Source of the DNA: Candidatus Eiseniibacteriota bacterium
GTDB lineage: Bacteria; Eisenbacteria; RBG-16-71-46; JABDJR01
DNA: 64,000 bases
Assembly: GCA_963783375.1 (NCBI GenBank)
Contig: CAWANH010000029.1
Span: 531,072-595,071, forward strand
Direction: 5' to 3'
Shown in pieces: positions 17,733-28,023 of this stretch (the stretch's first letter is position 1; each line of letters starts with the position of its first letter). The translations under genes were made by a program, and so were the position numbers. The notes beneath the pieces were generated by a model, which was not told the DNA's origin, did no database searches, and saw nothing but the letters and a program-made list of their open reading frames with translations.

Positions 17733-18930
17733 GCGGCCCGCGCGTGCTCATGGTGATCCAGCGCTTCCGGCCCGACCTTCACCGGGCACGGAATCCAGAT
17801 CGAGAACCTGGGGCGGGAGCTGGCGCGCGCGGGGGGCCCGGGTGGAGATCGTGACCCGGCGGGTCCCGGGGACCCCCGAGTTCGAGGACGGGCCGGTCCC
17901 GGTGCGGCGCTTTCCCATGGCCCCGACCAGGAACCCCGTCCTGCTCTGGTGGGGGCACCGCGAACTCATCCGCTACATCGAGCGAAGCGGCGACCGGTTC
18001 GACGTTCTCCACATCCACGGCTTTCCCCCCGGCCTCGGCCTCATGCTGCGGGCGGGCCGCCGGGCGGGTCTCCGGACCGTGGTGACCTCCACCCTGCTCG
18101 GCGCGGACGATCCGCTCACCGTGAAGCGGAAGGGGCGGCTGGCCGGCGTGGCGCTTCCGCGCCTACTCCGGGCCGACCGCTTCATCGCCATCTGCCCCGC
18201 CCTGACCGACCTCTATCCCCGGGCCGGGATCCCGGCGGACGAAGGTGGAGGAGATTCCCGTCGGGGTCTCGGTGGAGCGGTTCCACCCCCCGGCCGATCG
18301 CGAGGCGGCGGCCGGAGGCGCTGGGCTGGCCCCGGGACGTTCCCCGCGCCCTCTTCGTGGGAGGGATTCTCCGCCGGAAGGGGGTGGACGTGCTCCTCTC
18401 CGCCTGGGAGGAGGTCGTGCGCGCCCTCCCCGAGGCCCGGCTGTACCTCGCCGGCCCCACCGACTTCGGGGCCGGGCCCCCTCCGGGAACCGCGGAGTTC
18501 GCCGCGGCGTGCCGGGAGCGGGCCGCGCGCCCCCCGCTCGCCGGGCGGGTGCACTTCCTGGAGGCCCGCGACGACACCGCCCCGCTCTATCGCGCCGCCC
18601 ACCAGTTCGTCTTCGCGTCCCGCAAGGAGGGATTTCCCAACGTGCTCCTGGAGGCCCTGGCTTCGGGAACGCCCTGCGTCGCCGCCCGGATCCCCGGCTC
18701 CACCGACGTGAGCGTCCGGGACGGCGAGACCGGCTACGTGGTGCCCCAGGAGGACCCCCACGCCCTGGCCGACCGCGTGGTCGCGCTCTTCCGCGACGAG
18801 GCCGCCCGCCGGCGGATGGGAGCGCGCCGCCCGGGCCGACGCCGAGGCCCGCTTCGCCTTCCCCGCGGTGGCCGAGGCGCACTTGAACCTCTACCGCGAG
18901 CTCCTGCGCCCCCGGCGGACCGGGAGAGCG
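17729..18930 (+). CDS. Glycosyltransferase family 1, disrupted by apparent frameshifts
   Basis: MSGPRVLMVIQRF... the ATG overlaps the flippase stop as ATGA. GT1 motifs (EGFPNVLLEALASGTPCVAARIPGSTDV) are spread over four frames. The frame changes lie near 17835 (G6 run), 18240, 18290 and 18830. The 3' end is uncertain. Confidence 0.6.
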
Positions 18931-21492
18931 ATGATGTCCCCCGCCGACTCTCTCGGCACTCCTCATCCCGGGAGGCGGCGGCATCGGCTTTCTCCTGGCC
19001 GCGGTCCTCTGGCTCCTTCCCGGCGCCTTCCTCGCCCGGATCCTCGGCCGGGGAGGGCGGGAGGATCCGGTGCGGTTCCTGGCCGCCACGGTCGGGCTGG
19101 CGCTGGCGGTCAGCACGCTCGCCGCCTACGTCTGCGCCCTGGCCGGCTTCCCCGCCGCGCGCTTCGACCTCGTGCTGCTCGGCCTCGGGATCGTCGCCCT
19201 GGCCGCCCTGGTGCTCCACGTCCGGACGCGGCCGGGGCCGACCGACGCCCCCGGTTTCGAGGACCCCGGATGGCGAACCCTGGGATGCCGCCGGACTCCT
19301 CTCGGTGGTGCTCCTCATCGCGGCGGGAGCCTGGATCGGGGCCACGCTTCGCACCTCCACCGACGCTCCCGACCACGTGGGCACCCTCCGGGAGATCCTC
19401 GCCAGCGGGCGGTTCTTCCCCACCGAGGCCTTCCACCTGGGCGCCGGCCACCTGGGCTTCGATCCGCGGAAAGGCCTGCTGAGCCCCATCTACGCCGCCA
19501 TGGCCGACCTGGCCGGGATGAACCCGGTGGACTTCTGGCGGCTCCTTCCCGCCCTCACCGCCGCCTTCCCCTTCCTGGCCGGCTACGGCTTCCTCCGGGG
19601 GGCCGGCTTCACCCGGGGCTGGTCCCTGGCTGCGGGGTGGATCCTGGTGCTCTCCTGGAACGGCGGTCCCGGCGGGAACGGCATCACGATCTCGGCCTAT
19701 CCGAACCAGGTGGGGGGAACCGTGTTCTGGATGGCCACCGGGGCCTCGCTGGCCGCGCTCCGATCCCCGGGCCCGGCGCGCCTCGTCATGGCCGCGCTCC
19801 TGGCCTGGGCCGCGGTGGCGGTCCATCCCATGTACGTGGTCTTCCTGGCCATGTTCTACGGGATCCTGGGATGCTGGGCGCTCTTCGCCGCTCCCGCGCG
19901 GGGGCGGGCGATGGCCGCGCTGGCGATCATGGGCGCCGGCGCCGGCGTCCTCCTCGGCCCATACCTCCTGTATCGCCTCCAGCAGTACGCCCCGGCCAAC
20001 CCGATCCACACCGAGATCCAGGGGATGCTCTTTCTCACCGACCGGCTCTACGTCGCCGATCCCGGACGGCTCTGGGTCCATCTCGGGTGGGCGGGGCTGG
20101 TGGGCTATCCCCTGGCCCTGGTCGCCTGCTTCCGCCGCCGGCGCGAAGGGCTGGTTCCCTTCTACGTCGCCGGCGCGGTCCTGCTCATGGTCTTCCTCAC
20201 CATGAACCCCCTCCTGGTTCCGATCCTCCAGAAGAAGCTCACCTACCTGGTGTTCCGGACCTTCTGGCTCCTCCCGCCGGGGTTGGCGGCGGGGCTCGCC
20301 CTCCCCCTGCTTCTCTCCGCTCCGTCGCGCGCCCTGGCCGCGGGTTCCTTCGGGGACGCGTCCGTCGCCGCCCACGACCCCCGCGCAGTCTCCTCCGAGG
20401 CCGCGACGCCTCGTTCCCGCGGGCGGACGATCTGGGCGGGACTCCTCCTCGCCGCGGTGCTCCTTCCCGCTCTGGTCTCCGCCCCCCGGTGGCCGCTCCG
20501 CTCCCCGGCGCGAGACGGGGCGCGGAATCCCCTCGGGATGCGAAAGGCCCTCGAGGACCTCGATCGGGCCCTCCCGGCGCGATCGGTGATCCTGAGCGAC
20601 CCCATCACGTCCTACCTGCTCCCCGCCTTCACCAGCCAGAGGGTGGTGGCCCCCTACGACCAGCACTCCTCCCCCAACGATTCCCTGGCCGTGGCCCGGA
20701 CCCTGGTGGCCCGGGACGCGCTGAGCCTCTCGGTTCCGGTCGGGCGAGGCATGGGCGTTGGCCCGGAAGTGGGGTGCAGCCTATCTCGTCGTCAACACAG
20801 CGCTTCCAAAGGGGACTTCGACCGGTTTCTGGAGTTTCGATCGGCGGGCGCTGGAGCGGCGGGAGGCGGAGATGGCCGCCTCGCCCTACTTCCAGTCCGT
20901 GTTCGAGGAGCAAGGCCTGGTCGCGTTCCGCGTGCTCCCCGAGCCCACCCACACCCGCCTCGCCCCCCCGCCGACCCCCGAAACGTTCCCCGCTCCCACC
21001 AACGCCGACACCCTCCTCCTCCGCGAGGGGTTGGCGCTGTTGGCCGTGCGGGCCTCGGCGGACACCATCACCTGCCGGGAACCCCTGCGCATGGTCTTCC
21101 TCTGGGCATCGACCGAAGACGACCCCCCTCCCGAGGCGATCCACGGCGCCCTCCGCCTGGACGCGCTGAACGCCCCCGGCCGCGGCCTCCCGGCGGAGAA
21201 GCTGATCCGGAAGCTCGTCGCGACCCTGCGCGGCGAGCGCTACCGCTACCGGATGGACTGGGTCCCCGGCGGCGGGCGCCTGGCTCCGGACCATTGGCCC
21301 CGCGGCCGGGTCCTGGCCGACACCGTGGAGGTCCACCCGCCCTGCGCGTTGGCCCCCGGGGAGTACGCGGTCACCGTGACCCTGAACCGGCTCCCCAACA
21401 TGCCCAACACCCGGCTCCGGGATTACCTGAGCAACCACGATCTCTACTCGGGGCCGGCGGTGGATACGGTGTGGGTGGCGCGGCGGAGGTAA
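18931..21492 (+). CDS. Large polytopic membrane protein, putative GT-C-like or polymerase-type, disrupted by apparent frameshifts
   Basis: MMSPADS... then LLIPGGGGIGFLLAAVLWLL...(>12 TM helices)... then a C-terminal soluble domain ending VWVARRR at 21492. The frame changes lie near 18937 (C5), 19265 and 20750. Confidence 0.5.
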
Positions 21493-21548
21493 TGGCGGGG
21501 GTGGATGCACGTCCCCGGGGCGCCGTTCCGTCCCGGAACTCCTTCGAG

Positions 21549-22364
21549 TCAGAGGCCGGGGGTCGGACCCTTGCGAGCGGAGACGTGAAGGCCCCACGCC
21601 GGGATGCGTCCGAACAGTCGGGCCTCCGCCCACACGAGGTTGTCGACCATACGGACCAGGCGGCCGCCGCCGCCGATCAGATCCCCGGTGGTGGCCGCCC
21701 CCCCCCGCTGATTGGCGCGGGCCAGATAGATGAAGGCCCCCACGTCGGCCAGATTCCCCACGAGGTGCAGGCTGTGGCGCACCCGGAGCAACTCGAACCG
21801 CCGGCCGGTGAGTTCCTCGAGCACCCCGCGGCGGGTGAAGTGCTGGATGTGCCCGCCGAAGCGCCGTTTCAGGGCGTGCTCCCCCCGCTGGCCGGGAAGC
21901 CAGCGCCACAGGGACGAGGGATCCCCCTCGCACGGCACATGCAGGTGGAAGACGCCGCCGGGGCGAAGGACGCGGAAGATCTCATCCAGCAGGCGCTCGG
22001 GGTCGGGCACGTGCTCGAGCACGTCGACGGCGAGGACCCCGGCGAACTCCCCGTCGTCGGCGGGGATGCGATCCCCGGTGGTGAGCCGGGTCTCGACGCC
22101 CGGGTCGAGCCGCCGAAGATGCTCCAGGGCGCCGCGGCTGACGTCGGTGCCCACCCGTTCCAGCCTCGGGTGGATCCTTCCGAGCGCCCGGAGGAAGCGG
22201 CCGGCCCCGCACCCGATCTCGAGCACTTTGCCTTCTGCGGGGAGATGGGTGACCGCCTCAGACAGCCGGTACCCGGCGATGGTGCGTTCGCCGGGCCCGG
22301 TGCTCTCGGCCCCCCACATCGCCTGTTCGTAATCGAATTCGGTCACGGTCAATTGTCCTCGCAT
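21549..22364 (-). CDS. Class I SAM-dependent methyltransferase
   Basis: MRGQLTVTEFDYEQAMWG...VLEIGCGAGRF...LAVDVLEHVPDP...VLRPGGVF. The ATG is at 22364. Confidence 0.8.
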   Translation of the reverse strand: MRGQLTVTEFDYEQAMWGAESTGPGERTIAGYRLSEAVTHLPAEGKVLEIGCGAGRFLRALGRIHPRLERVGTDVSRGALEHLRRLDPGVETRLTTGDRIPADDGEFAGVLAVDVLEHVPDPERLLDEIFRVLRPGGVFHLHVPCEGDPSSLWRWLPGQRGEHALKRRFGGHIQHFTRRGVLEELTGRRFELLRVRHSLHLVGNLADVGAFIYLARANQRGGAATTGDLIGGGGRLVRMVDNLVWAEARLFGRIPAWGLHVSARKGPTPGL

Positions 22365-22505
22365 CCGCGGTTCGACCGCGCCGGTGCCGGGGGCCGCGCT
22401 GTCCACGGGTCTGCTGCTCTGATAGACTTCGCCTCCGCGCTCGAGGATTCCCGGCGGTTTTCCCCGGATAATTCGCGGGATTCAACTACTGAGGGCACCA
22501 AAGAC

Positions 22506-22934
22506 GTGCAGGACCCCGGCATTCCGGCAGAAAGTGCGACCCTGGTCGCCGAAGCCCACGCGCTACATCATATCTTATTCGGCGGATCCGCCCCGGAGTC
22601 CCTCGTGGCCGCCTACGTCGACGCGCATCGGGTGTGGTGGCCGGATGCCCCTGTCGCGGGGGAAGGGGACGTCCGTCGGGCCGTAAACCTCGGCCTTGAT
22701 CTCGAAGCCCTGGAGATGGTCTTCAGGCTCCGCGGACAGAACCATCCCCTGGTCCGGAAGCTCGGGATCTTCGTTGCCCTGGCCGAGGCCTTTCCCCGGT
22801 ATCAACCCCGGTTCGTCGCCCATGCGTCCCGGCACTGGACGGCCGCTCTGGGGATCCTTGCCGCCCATGCGCTCCGGAGCGCAATGAAATCGGTGAAGGG
22901 CCTCTACCTCATCCGGAGGCACGGTCTTGGGTGA
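22506..22934 (+). CDS. Hypothetical small protein
   Basis: An open frame from GTG 22506 to TGA 22934 gives ...LVAEAHALHHILFGGSAPESLVAAYVDAHRVWWPD...FVALAEAFPRYQPRF... There is no recognisable domain. The stop overlaps the GMC gene start. The call is weak. Confidence 0.3.
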   Translation: MQDPGIPAESATLVAEAHALHHILFGGSAPESLVAAYVDAHRVWWPDAPVAGEGDVRRAVNLGLDLEALEMVFRLRGQNHPLVRKLGIFVALAEAFPRYQPRFVAHASRHWTAALGILAAHALRSAMKSVKGLYLIRRHGLG

Positions 22935-24516
22935 ACGGGTCCACGAGGTCATCATCGTGGGATCGGGGGCGGCCGGGGTCTTCGCCGCCCACGCCCTCAG
23001 AGGCCGGGACGTTTGCGTGGTGGACGTGGGTTCCGGACCAACCGTTTCACCTCCTCCCGGCGGCGACCTGTACGCCCTGCGCGCCCAGCGAGACATGCTC
23101 GCCGACCTGATCGGCCCTTCCTTCGAATCGATACAGAACATCGTGGGGGAGGAGCTGAGTCCGAAGCTCAAGGCCCCCCACTTCCGCTTCGTGACCCGCC
23201 GTCCCGAGGGCGCTGGGGGGATTCACTCCCGGACCTTCCGCCCCGTGGTGAGCTACGCGGAGGGAGGGTTGGCCAATGCCTGGGGAGCCCAAGTCTACCG
23301 GTACGGGGATGAGGACCTTCGCGGCTTCCCCCTCGTTGCGACGGACCTCGACCCCTACTACGACCGGGTGACCGACGTGGTCGGAATCTCGGGGACGACG
23401 GACGACCTGGCCGAGTTCCACCGGAGCGACTACGGGCTGGACCCACCTCTGGCCCTCACCCCTCTGGCCGATTCCCTCCTCTCCCGGTACCGGTCCCGGC
23501 GGAGATACTTCCATGCCCGGGGCCTCCGGATCGGTCGCCCGCGACTGGCCGTCCTCTCCCGCGACCGCGCCGGCCGCGCCGGCCTCGACTATCGCAACCT
23601 CGAGTTCTTCTGGCCGCGGATTCCGGCGATCTACACCCCGGCCTACACGCTGCGCGAGATGGTCGCGGCCGGGACCTGCCGCTATCTCCCCGGCCACTTC
23701 GCCCGCCGGTTTCAGGAGACCGGGGACTCGGTGCACCTCGAGACCACGGACCTGGCCAGCGGGGAGACCGTCACCCTTCGCGCCCGGTATCTGGTTCTGG
23801 CCCTGGGCGCCCTCAATACCCCACGACTCGTGCTCCACTCGGCCGGGGACACCCGGGCCCGCCTTCCCATAGTGGAGAACCCCTGTTCGTTCACCGCGCT
23901 CCTCGCCCCCGATCACCTGGGACACCGCCTCACCACCTCGGCCTACTCGTCCCAGCTCAACTATGTGTACCGGGGCCGCCGCCATCTGCCCCCGGTGATC
24001 GGCATGCTCTACGGAGTGGAGGGGCTCCTTCGATCCGATCTCCTGTTCAACTTTCCCCTGGCCATGCGCGGGTGTCTGGCCGCGGCCAGGCTGGCCCTCC
24101 CCGCGATGCTGCTCCTCCAGGTATTCTACGACGGTGAACCGAACCCCGGGAACGTGCTGGGGGTGGATGCCGCGGGAAACCTGACGGTGGAGCACGTTCC
24201 TCACACCGTGGAGGAGGTTGAAAGCCGCCTCCTGGCCGCGTTCCGGCGGATCGGCTTTTTTGGGGCGGGGCGCATGGTGCGGCGCCTGGAGCCGGGACAG
24301 AGCATTCACTACGGAGGGTCCCTCCCGATGCGGGAGACCCCGCGGGAACCCTACGAAACGCACGTCGACGGGCGCCTGACCGGAGCGCGTCGCGTACTCG
24401 TCACCGACTCCAGCGTGTTTCCCCGCCTTCCGGCCAAGAACCTCACCTTCACCATCATGGCCAACGCCGCCCGGGTGGGCGACGGGCTCCGGGCCCGCCT
24501 GGAGGCTGGGGAGTGA
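22927..24516 (+). CDS. GMC-family FAD-dependent oxidoreductase
   Basis: EVIIVGSGAAGVFAAHAL is a Rossmann FAD motif. The product is 529 aa with a C-terminal GMC-like region, and the start codon is TTG. Confidence 0.65.
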   Translation: MGERVHEVIIVGSGAAGVFAAHALRGRDVCVVDVGSGPTVSPPPGGDLYALRAQRDMLADLIGPSFESIQNIVGEELSPKLKAPHFRFVTRRPEGAGGIHSRTFRPVVSYAEGGLANAWGAQVYRYGDEDLRGFPLVATDLDPYYDRVTDVVGISGTTDDLAEFHRSDYGLDPPLALTPLADSLLSRYRSRRRYFHARGLRIGRPRLAVLSRDRAGRAGLDYRNLEFFWPRIPAIYTPAYTLREMVAAGTCRYLPGHFARRFQETGDSVHLETTDLASGETVTLRARYLVLALGALNTPRLVLHSAGDTRARLPIVENPCSFTALLAPDHLGHRLTTSAYSSQLNYVYRGRRHLPPVIGMLYGVEGLLRSDLLFNFPLAMRGCLAAARLALPAMLLLQVFYDGEPNPGNVLGVDAAGNLTVEHVPHTVEEVESRLLAAFRRIGFFGAGRMVRRLEPGQSIHYGGSLPMRETPREPYETHVDGRLTGARRVLVTDSSVFPRLPAKNLTFTIMANAARVGDGLRARLEAGE

Positions 24517-25402
24517 CCGTGTTCATCACCGGCATCGCCGGGTTCCTTGGACGCGCGCTGGCGCTCCACCTGATCGCGAGGGGGGAAGCGGTCCGTGGCT
24601 CATCCCGCTCCCCCACCCCACCAGACCTCTCTGCCGTGGCGGAGATTCGCCGCCACCGATTCGGCGATGCCGTGGGCCCGTCCTTCTTCTCCGGGGTGGA
24701 CGTGGTCGTCCACTGCGCCCACGATTCCGCCCCGGGCGGGGGGGAAGCCACCCTGCTCGGAACTCGGGCCCTCTTGCGGGCGGCCGAAGCCGCCGGGGTG
24801 GGCCGGCAGGTCTACGTCACTCGCTGGCCGCCCGCCCCGACGCGATCACCGAGTACGGACGCACCAAGCACCGCCTTGAGGAAGAGTTTCTCGGGGCCGG
24901 GCACCCGGTCGTGCGCCCTGGGACCATTCTTGGGCCGGGCGGCCTCTTCGGCCGCATCGCGCGGACGGTGCTGGAGCGGCCACTGGTCCTCCTCGTGGAC
25001 GGCGGGCGGGGACGGATGATCGTGGTGGGGACACGGGACGTCTGTTGCGCGCTCGAGGTGGTGGCCCGGGGAACCGCGGCCGGCGTCCACAACCTGTACG
25101 TCCCCGGGACGATCACCATGCGGGAAGTTCTCACGCTGTTGGCCGAGATTCGCGGACGCCGCCCGCACTTCCTGAGCGTCCCCTCCGGACTCCTGCTGCC
25201 GGTGCTCGCCACCGCCGAGAGGCTGGGGTTCCGCATGCCCGTGACCTCCGAGAACCTCCGAGGCTACAGGGTCAGCCAGACCGGGATCGGGAACACGCAC
25301 CTCCCTGAGCTGGTCCGGACTATCGTCCGTTGCGCGAGGCGCTACGGGAGTCCTTCGCGGCGTCGGACGGTGAGCCGGGCCTGGGGAGGTAACGATTGCT
25401 GA
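24513..25402 (+). CDS. NAD-dependent epimerase/dehydratase family protein (one apparent frameshift near 24815)
   Basis: MTVFITGIAGFLGRALALHL is a GxxGxxG motif. The GTGA overlap with the GMC stop indicates coupling. The C-terminal two thirds, SLAARPDAITEYGRTKHRLEEEFLG...PGTILGPGG, lie in another frame. Confidence 0.65.
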
Positions 25403-26606
25403 CCAGCCCCGCGTAATACTCGGGGCGCGTGAAGTCGGGAACGCCGCCCTCGGGGAGGGCCGGGGCCGTAACTCCAAGCAGTGAGCAACAAGCGTCCAGT
25501 ACCCGGCGAACGGAGAGACTCTTGAGGCACTGGTTGTCCCCCCCGCATGGGATGGGTTCCCAGTGATGGATGCAGGGGGAGCAGAAGAAATCCTCAGAGA
25601 GCGCCACCGCGTCTGTTCTCCCCTTCGGGAAGTACGTGCTGGCCCGGGTGGGTCCGAAGATGCCGATCAGAGGGACTCCGGTCGATAGGGCGAGGTGGAG
25701 GGGCGCGGTGTCGTTGGAGACGACCAACCGGGCGTTGGCCAGGAGCCGCACCGTCTGGCGAAGATCCAGGGTTCCGGAGAGGTCGGTCAGTCGGGGATGC
25801 GCAGGTATCCGGCCACTCTCCCGGACCTCCGCCTCGCCATGGCCGATGAGGACGGCGGTGAGGTCCGGGCAGTGATCCAGAAGGGCCCGGATCAGGACCT
25901 CGAAGTACTCCCGCGGCCATCGTCTTTCCAGCGACAATTCGCCGGCGTGGATGTTGACGACAACGTAGGGTGGCTGCGCCTCCGGGAGCGGGTCCGGATT
26001 GAAGCGATACGGGCCGTAGATCGAGGTGTCGGCGATCTCCGATCCCGGCATGGCCAGACCGATCAGCTTGGCGTACGCCTCCCCGAGATATCGGTACCGA
26101 TTGAAGTAGATCAGATGGGTGTGGGTCCATTGCCGGTGCTTTATGGTGTCGATGGCGAAACCCGCCCGGTTCCGCGGGCAACTCACCGTCATGAGAATGG
26201 ACGAGAGCTTGGAGTACACCTCCAGGTCGAAGGCCCAGTCGGGACGATGCCGCCAATGATGGAAGAGGCCTCCGGCGACCGAGGCCAGGGCGCGTAGAAG
26301 GTTCCGGTCGTCGAGCAGGACGAACTCGTCGAATTCCGGCATTTCCCGGGCCAGGATGACCGTGCCAGGGCTGCCCCAGAACACCAGGCGGGCCCGGGGG
26401 TAGGCCCGTCGGAGGGCGACCAGGGCCGGCTTGGCGAGAACCAGGGAGCCCATCCCCTGGAACTTGAGCACCAGCACGCGCTCCACCGGCTCCACCCGGT
26501 GACTTCGTCGCAACAGGAGCCCGAGCAGGAGCGCGGCGTAGTTGAGAACGAAGAGGATCGGGTACCCGGCGAACTCGTCGATCTTCCGTTTCGTCTGCAG
26601 TCGCAT
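25320..26606 (-). CDS. Glycosyltransferase family 9 (heptosyltransferase-like) with an N-terminal membrane anchor
   Basis: RVLVLKFQGMGSLVLAKPALVAL...VNIHAGELSLERRWP...ARLVVSNDTAPLHLALSTGVPLIGIFGPT are GT9 motifs. Confidence 0.75.
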   Translation of the reverse strand: MRLQTKRKIDEFAGYPILFVLNYAALLLGLLLRRSHRVEPVERVLVLKFQGMGSLVLAKPALVALRRAYPRARLVFWGSPGTVILAREMPEFDEFVLLDDRNLLRALASVAGGLFHHWRHRPDWAFDLEVYSKLSSILMTVSCPRNRAGFAIDTIKHRQWTHTHLIYFNRYRYLGEAYAKLIGLAMPGSEIADTSIYGPYRFNPDPLPEAQPPYVVVNIHAGELSLERRWPREYFEVLIRALLDHCPDLTAVLIGHGEAEVRESGRIPAHPRLTDLSGTLDLRQTVRLLANARLVVSNDTAPLHLALSTGVPLIGIFGPTRASTYFPKGRTDAVALSEDFFCSPCIHHWEPIPCGGDNQCLKSLSVRRVLDACCSLLGVTAPALPEGGVPDFTRPEYYAGLVSNRYLPRPGSPSDAAKDSRSASRNGR

Positions 26607-26612
26607 GATCGG

Positions 26613-27919
26613 TCAGGTCGTCGCCGCGCGTTCGCGGACGTGGAGCGTGGCGACGAGGGCGTATAGAACCCAGGTCCCGGCCAACGGAAGGGCGGCCAGG
26701 ATCGGGGCCAGAGGGTTGTGCCAGAATCCGGTGGGCATGCGGTTGTAGAGGTAGAGCGACAGGAGCCCCCCCCACGCCACCAACCAGGGCCAGACCAGTC
26801 GCCCCGCCCGGTTGCTCGTCTGGGCCAGGAGATAGGCGGCGGCCACGGTGAACGGAACAGCCAGGACGACGAGATGGTGGGTCCAGGTGAACGGGGACAC
26901 GGTGAACACCCACGGCACCATCAGGGAGAAGGCCAAGGGCGGGAGCCAGGGGGAGGAGCCCCTGCGCCCCCGGTGTAGCAGGAGGACGGTCACCGCCAGC
27001 AAGCCAAGGGTAAAGATCCGCGAGATCCAGGCCACCAGGGGGGGGATGACCACCAGGGTCAGATCCCCTGGATTGAGGGGCTCGATCCATCGCAGGAGGA
27101 CGGCGGCAAGGGATTGGTTGGTCAGACGCTCGGTGGTGTACGGGCCGTACTGTAGCATCAGGTGGAAGTAGCGGACGTGCACTGCGGGCCCGAGCACGAG
27201 AACGCTCACCGCAAGGAGACCCGCCCCCGCGATCGCCCCGGCGACCAGCAACCTCCAGCGCCGGAGGGCGAGAAGCGGCAGGGCAAAGAGCACCGGGAAG
27301 ACCTTGATGCCGGCGATCAGCGCCCACCACAAGCCGGCCTCGGCGGCGCGGTGACGGGAAAACGCGCTGGCGAAGAGCACCAAAAGGAAGAAGATCGCGA
27401 TGCTGGTCTGCCCCGCCTCCAACCCCTGGATGAACATGTATGACGGGCAGAGAAAGAGAAATACCACGGCCACCGCCGCTGCCCCAAAGGCGGGAAGGGA
27501 CCTTGCCAGGAGGATCAAACCCGCCACGACCAGGATCCAGTTGAGGACGTAGAGGAGGACCAGGCCCTGATACGGCGTGAACAAGGTGAGGGGAACGGCG
27601 AAGATGGCGACCCAGGGGGGATAGACGAAGTAGCTGAACCGGGTGAGCCCACGCTCGGCGGCCAACTTCCCGAGGCGGCTTTCCGGAAACGTAGGCGTAG
27701 TGAGGCCGGTGACGAGATCGGTGAAGTAGAGCGCGTCCGGTTCGTGGTGGGTGACGGCTAGGCCGGCGGCGTAATACTGGCCGAAGTCGGGGGGACGGGA
27801 TGGCTGGGACCCGGAAAGGAACGAACGAACACCAGCGTCGCCTGTACCACCAAGAGTCCGGCCACGAGGAGGTACAGGACACGACGCTGCGGCGCGGGGG
27901 GAAATGAACGGAACGTCAT
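26613..27919 (-). CDS. DUF2029 / GT87-like membrane glycosyltransferase (one apparent frameshift near 27820)
   Basis: MTFRSFPPAPQRRVLYLLVAGLLVVQATLVFVRSF then the frame change then SGSQPSRPPDFGQYYAAG...IKVFPVLFALPLL. The protein has many TM helices. Confidence 0.6.
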
Positions 27920-28023
27920 GATAGGTGGCGGCCCTCGCCCGGGGGTTCACCCCTACCGGAGCAGTTCATAGGGGGGGGAGAATAGCACGCGCCCGCGGTG
28001 GCGGACAACGCGGTCGGCGGCGG

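Noticed and set aside
17949-22934. A 1661-aa plus-strand ORF that looks like a giant protein
   Set aside because: It is a composite. One stop-free frame in 70% GC DNA threads through pieces of the GT1 gene, the membrane protein gene, intergenic DNA and the small hypothetical. The readable protein segments switch frames, so it is not a single gene.
13765-27950. Possible tRNA-Arg-anchored genomic island carrying the glycan locus
   Set aside because: I found no integrase, recombinase, transposase or direct repeat of the tRNA 3' end. GC content is not visibly different from the flanks. This is treated as a chromosomal, possibly strain-variable, glycan locus rather than a mobile element.
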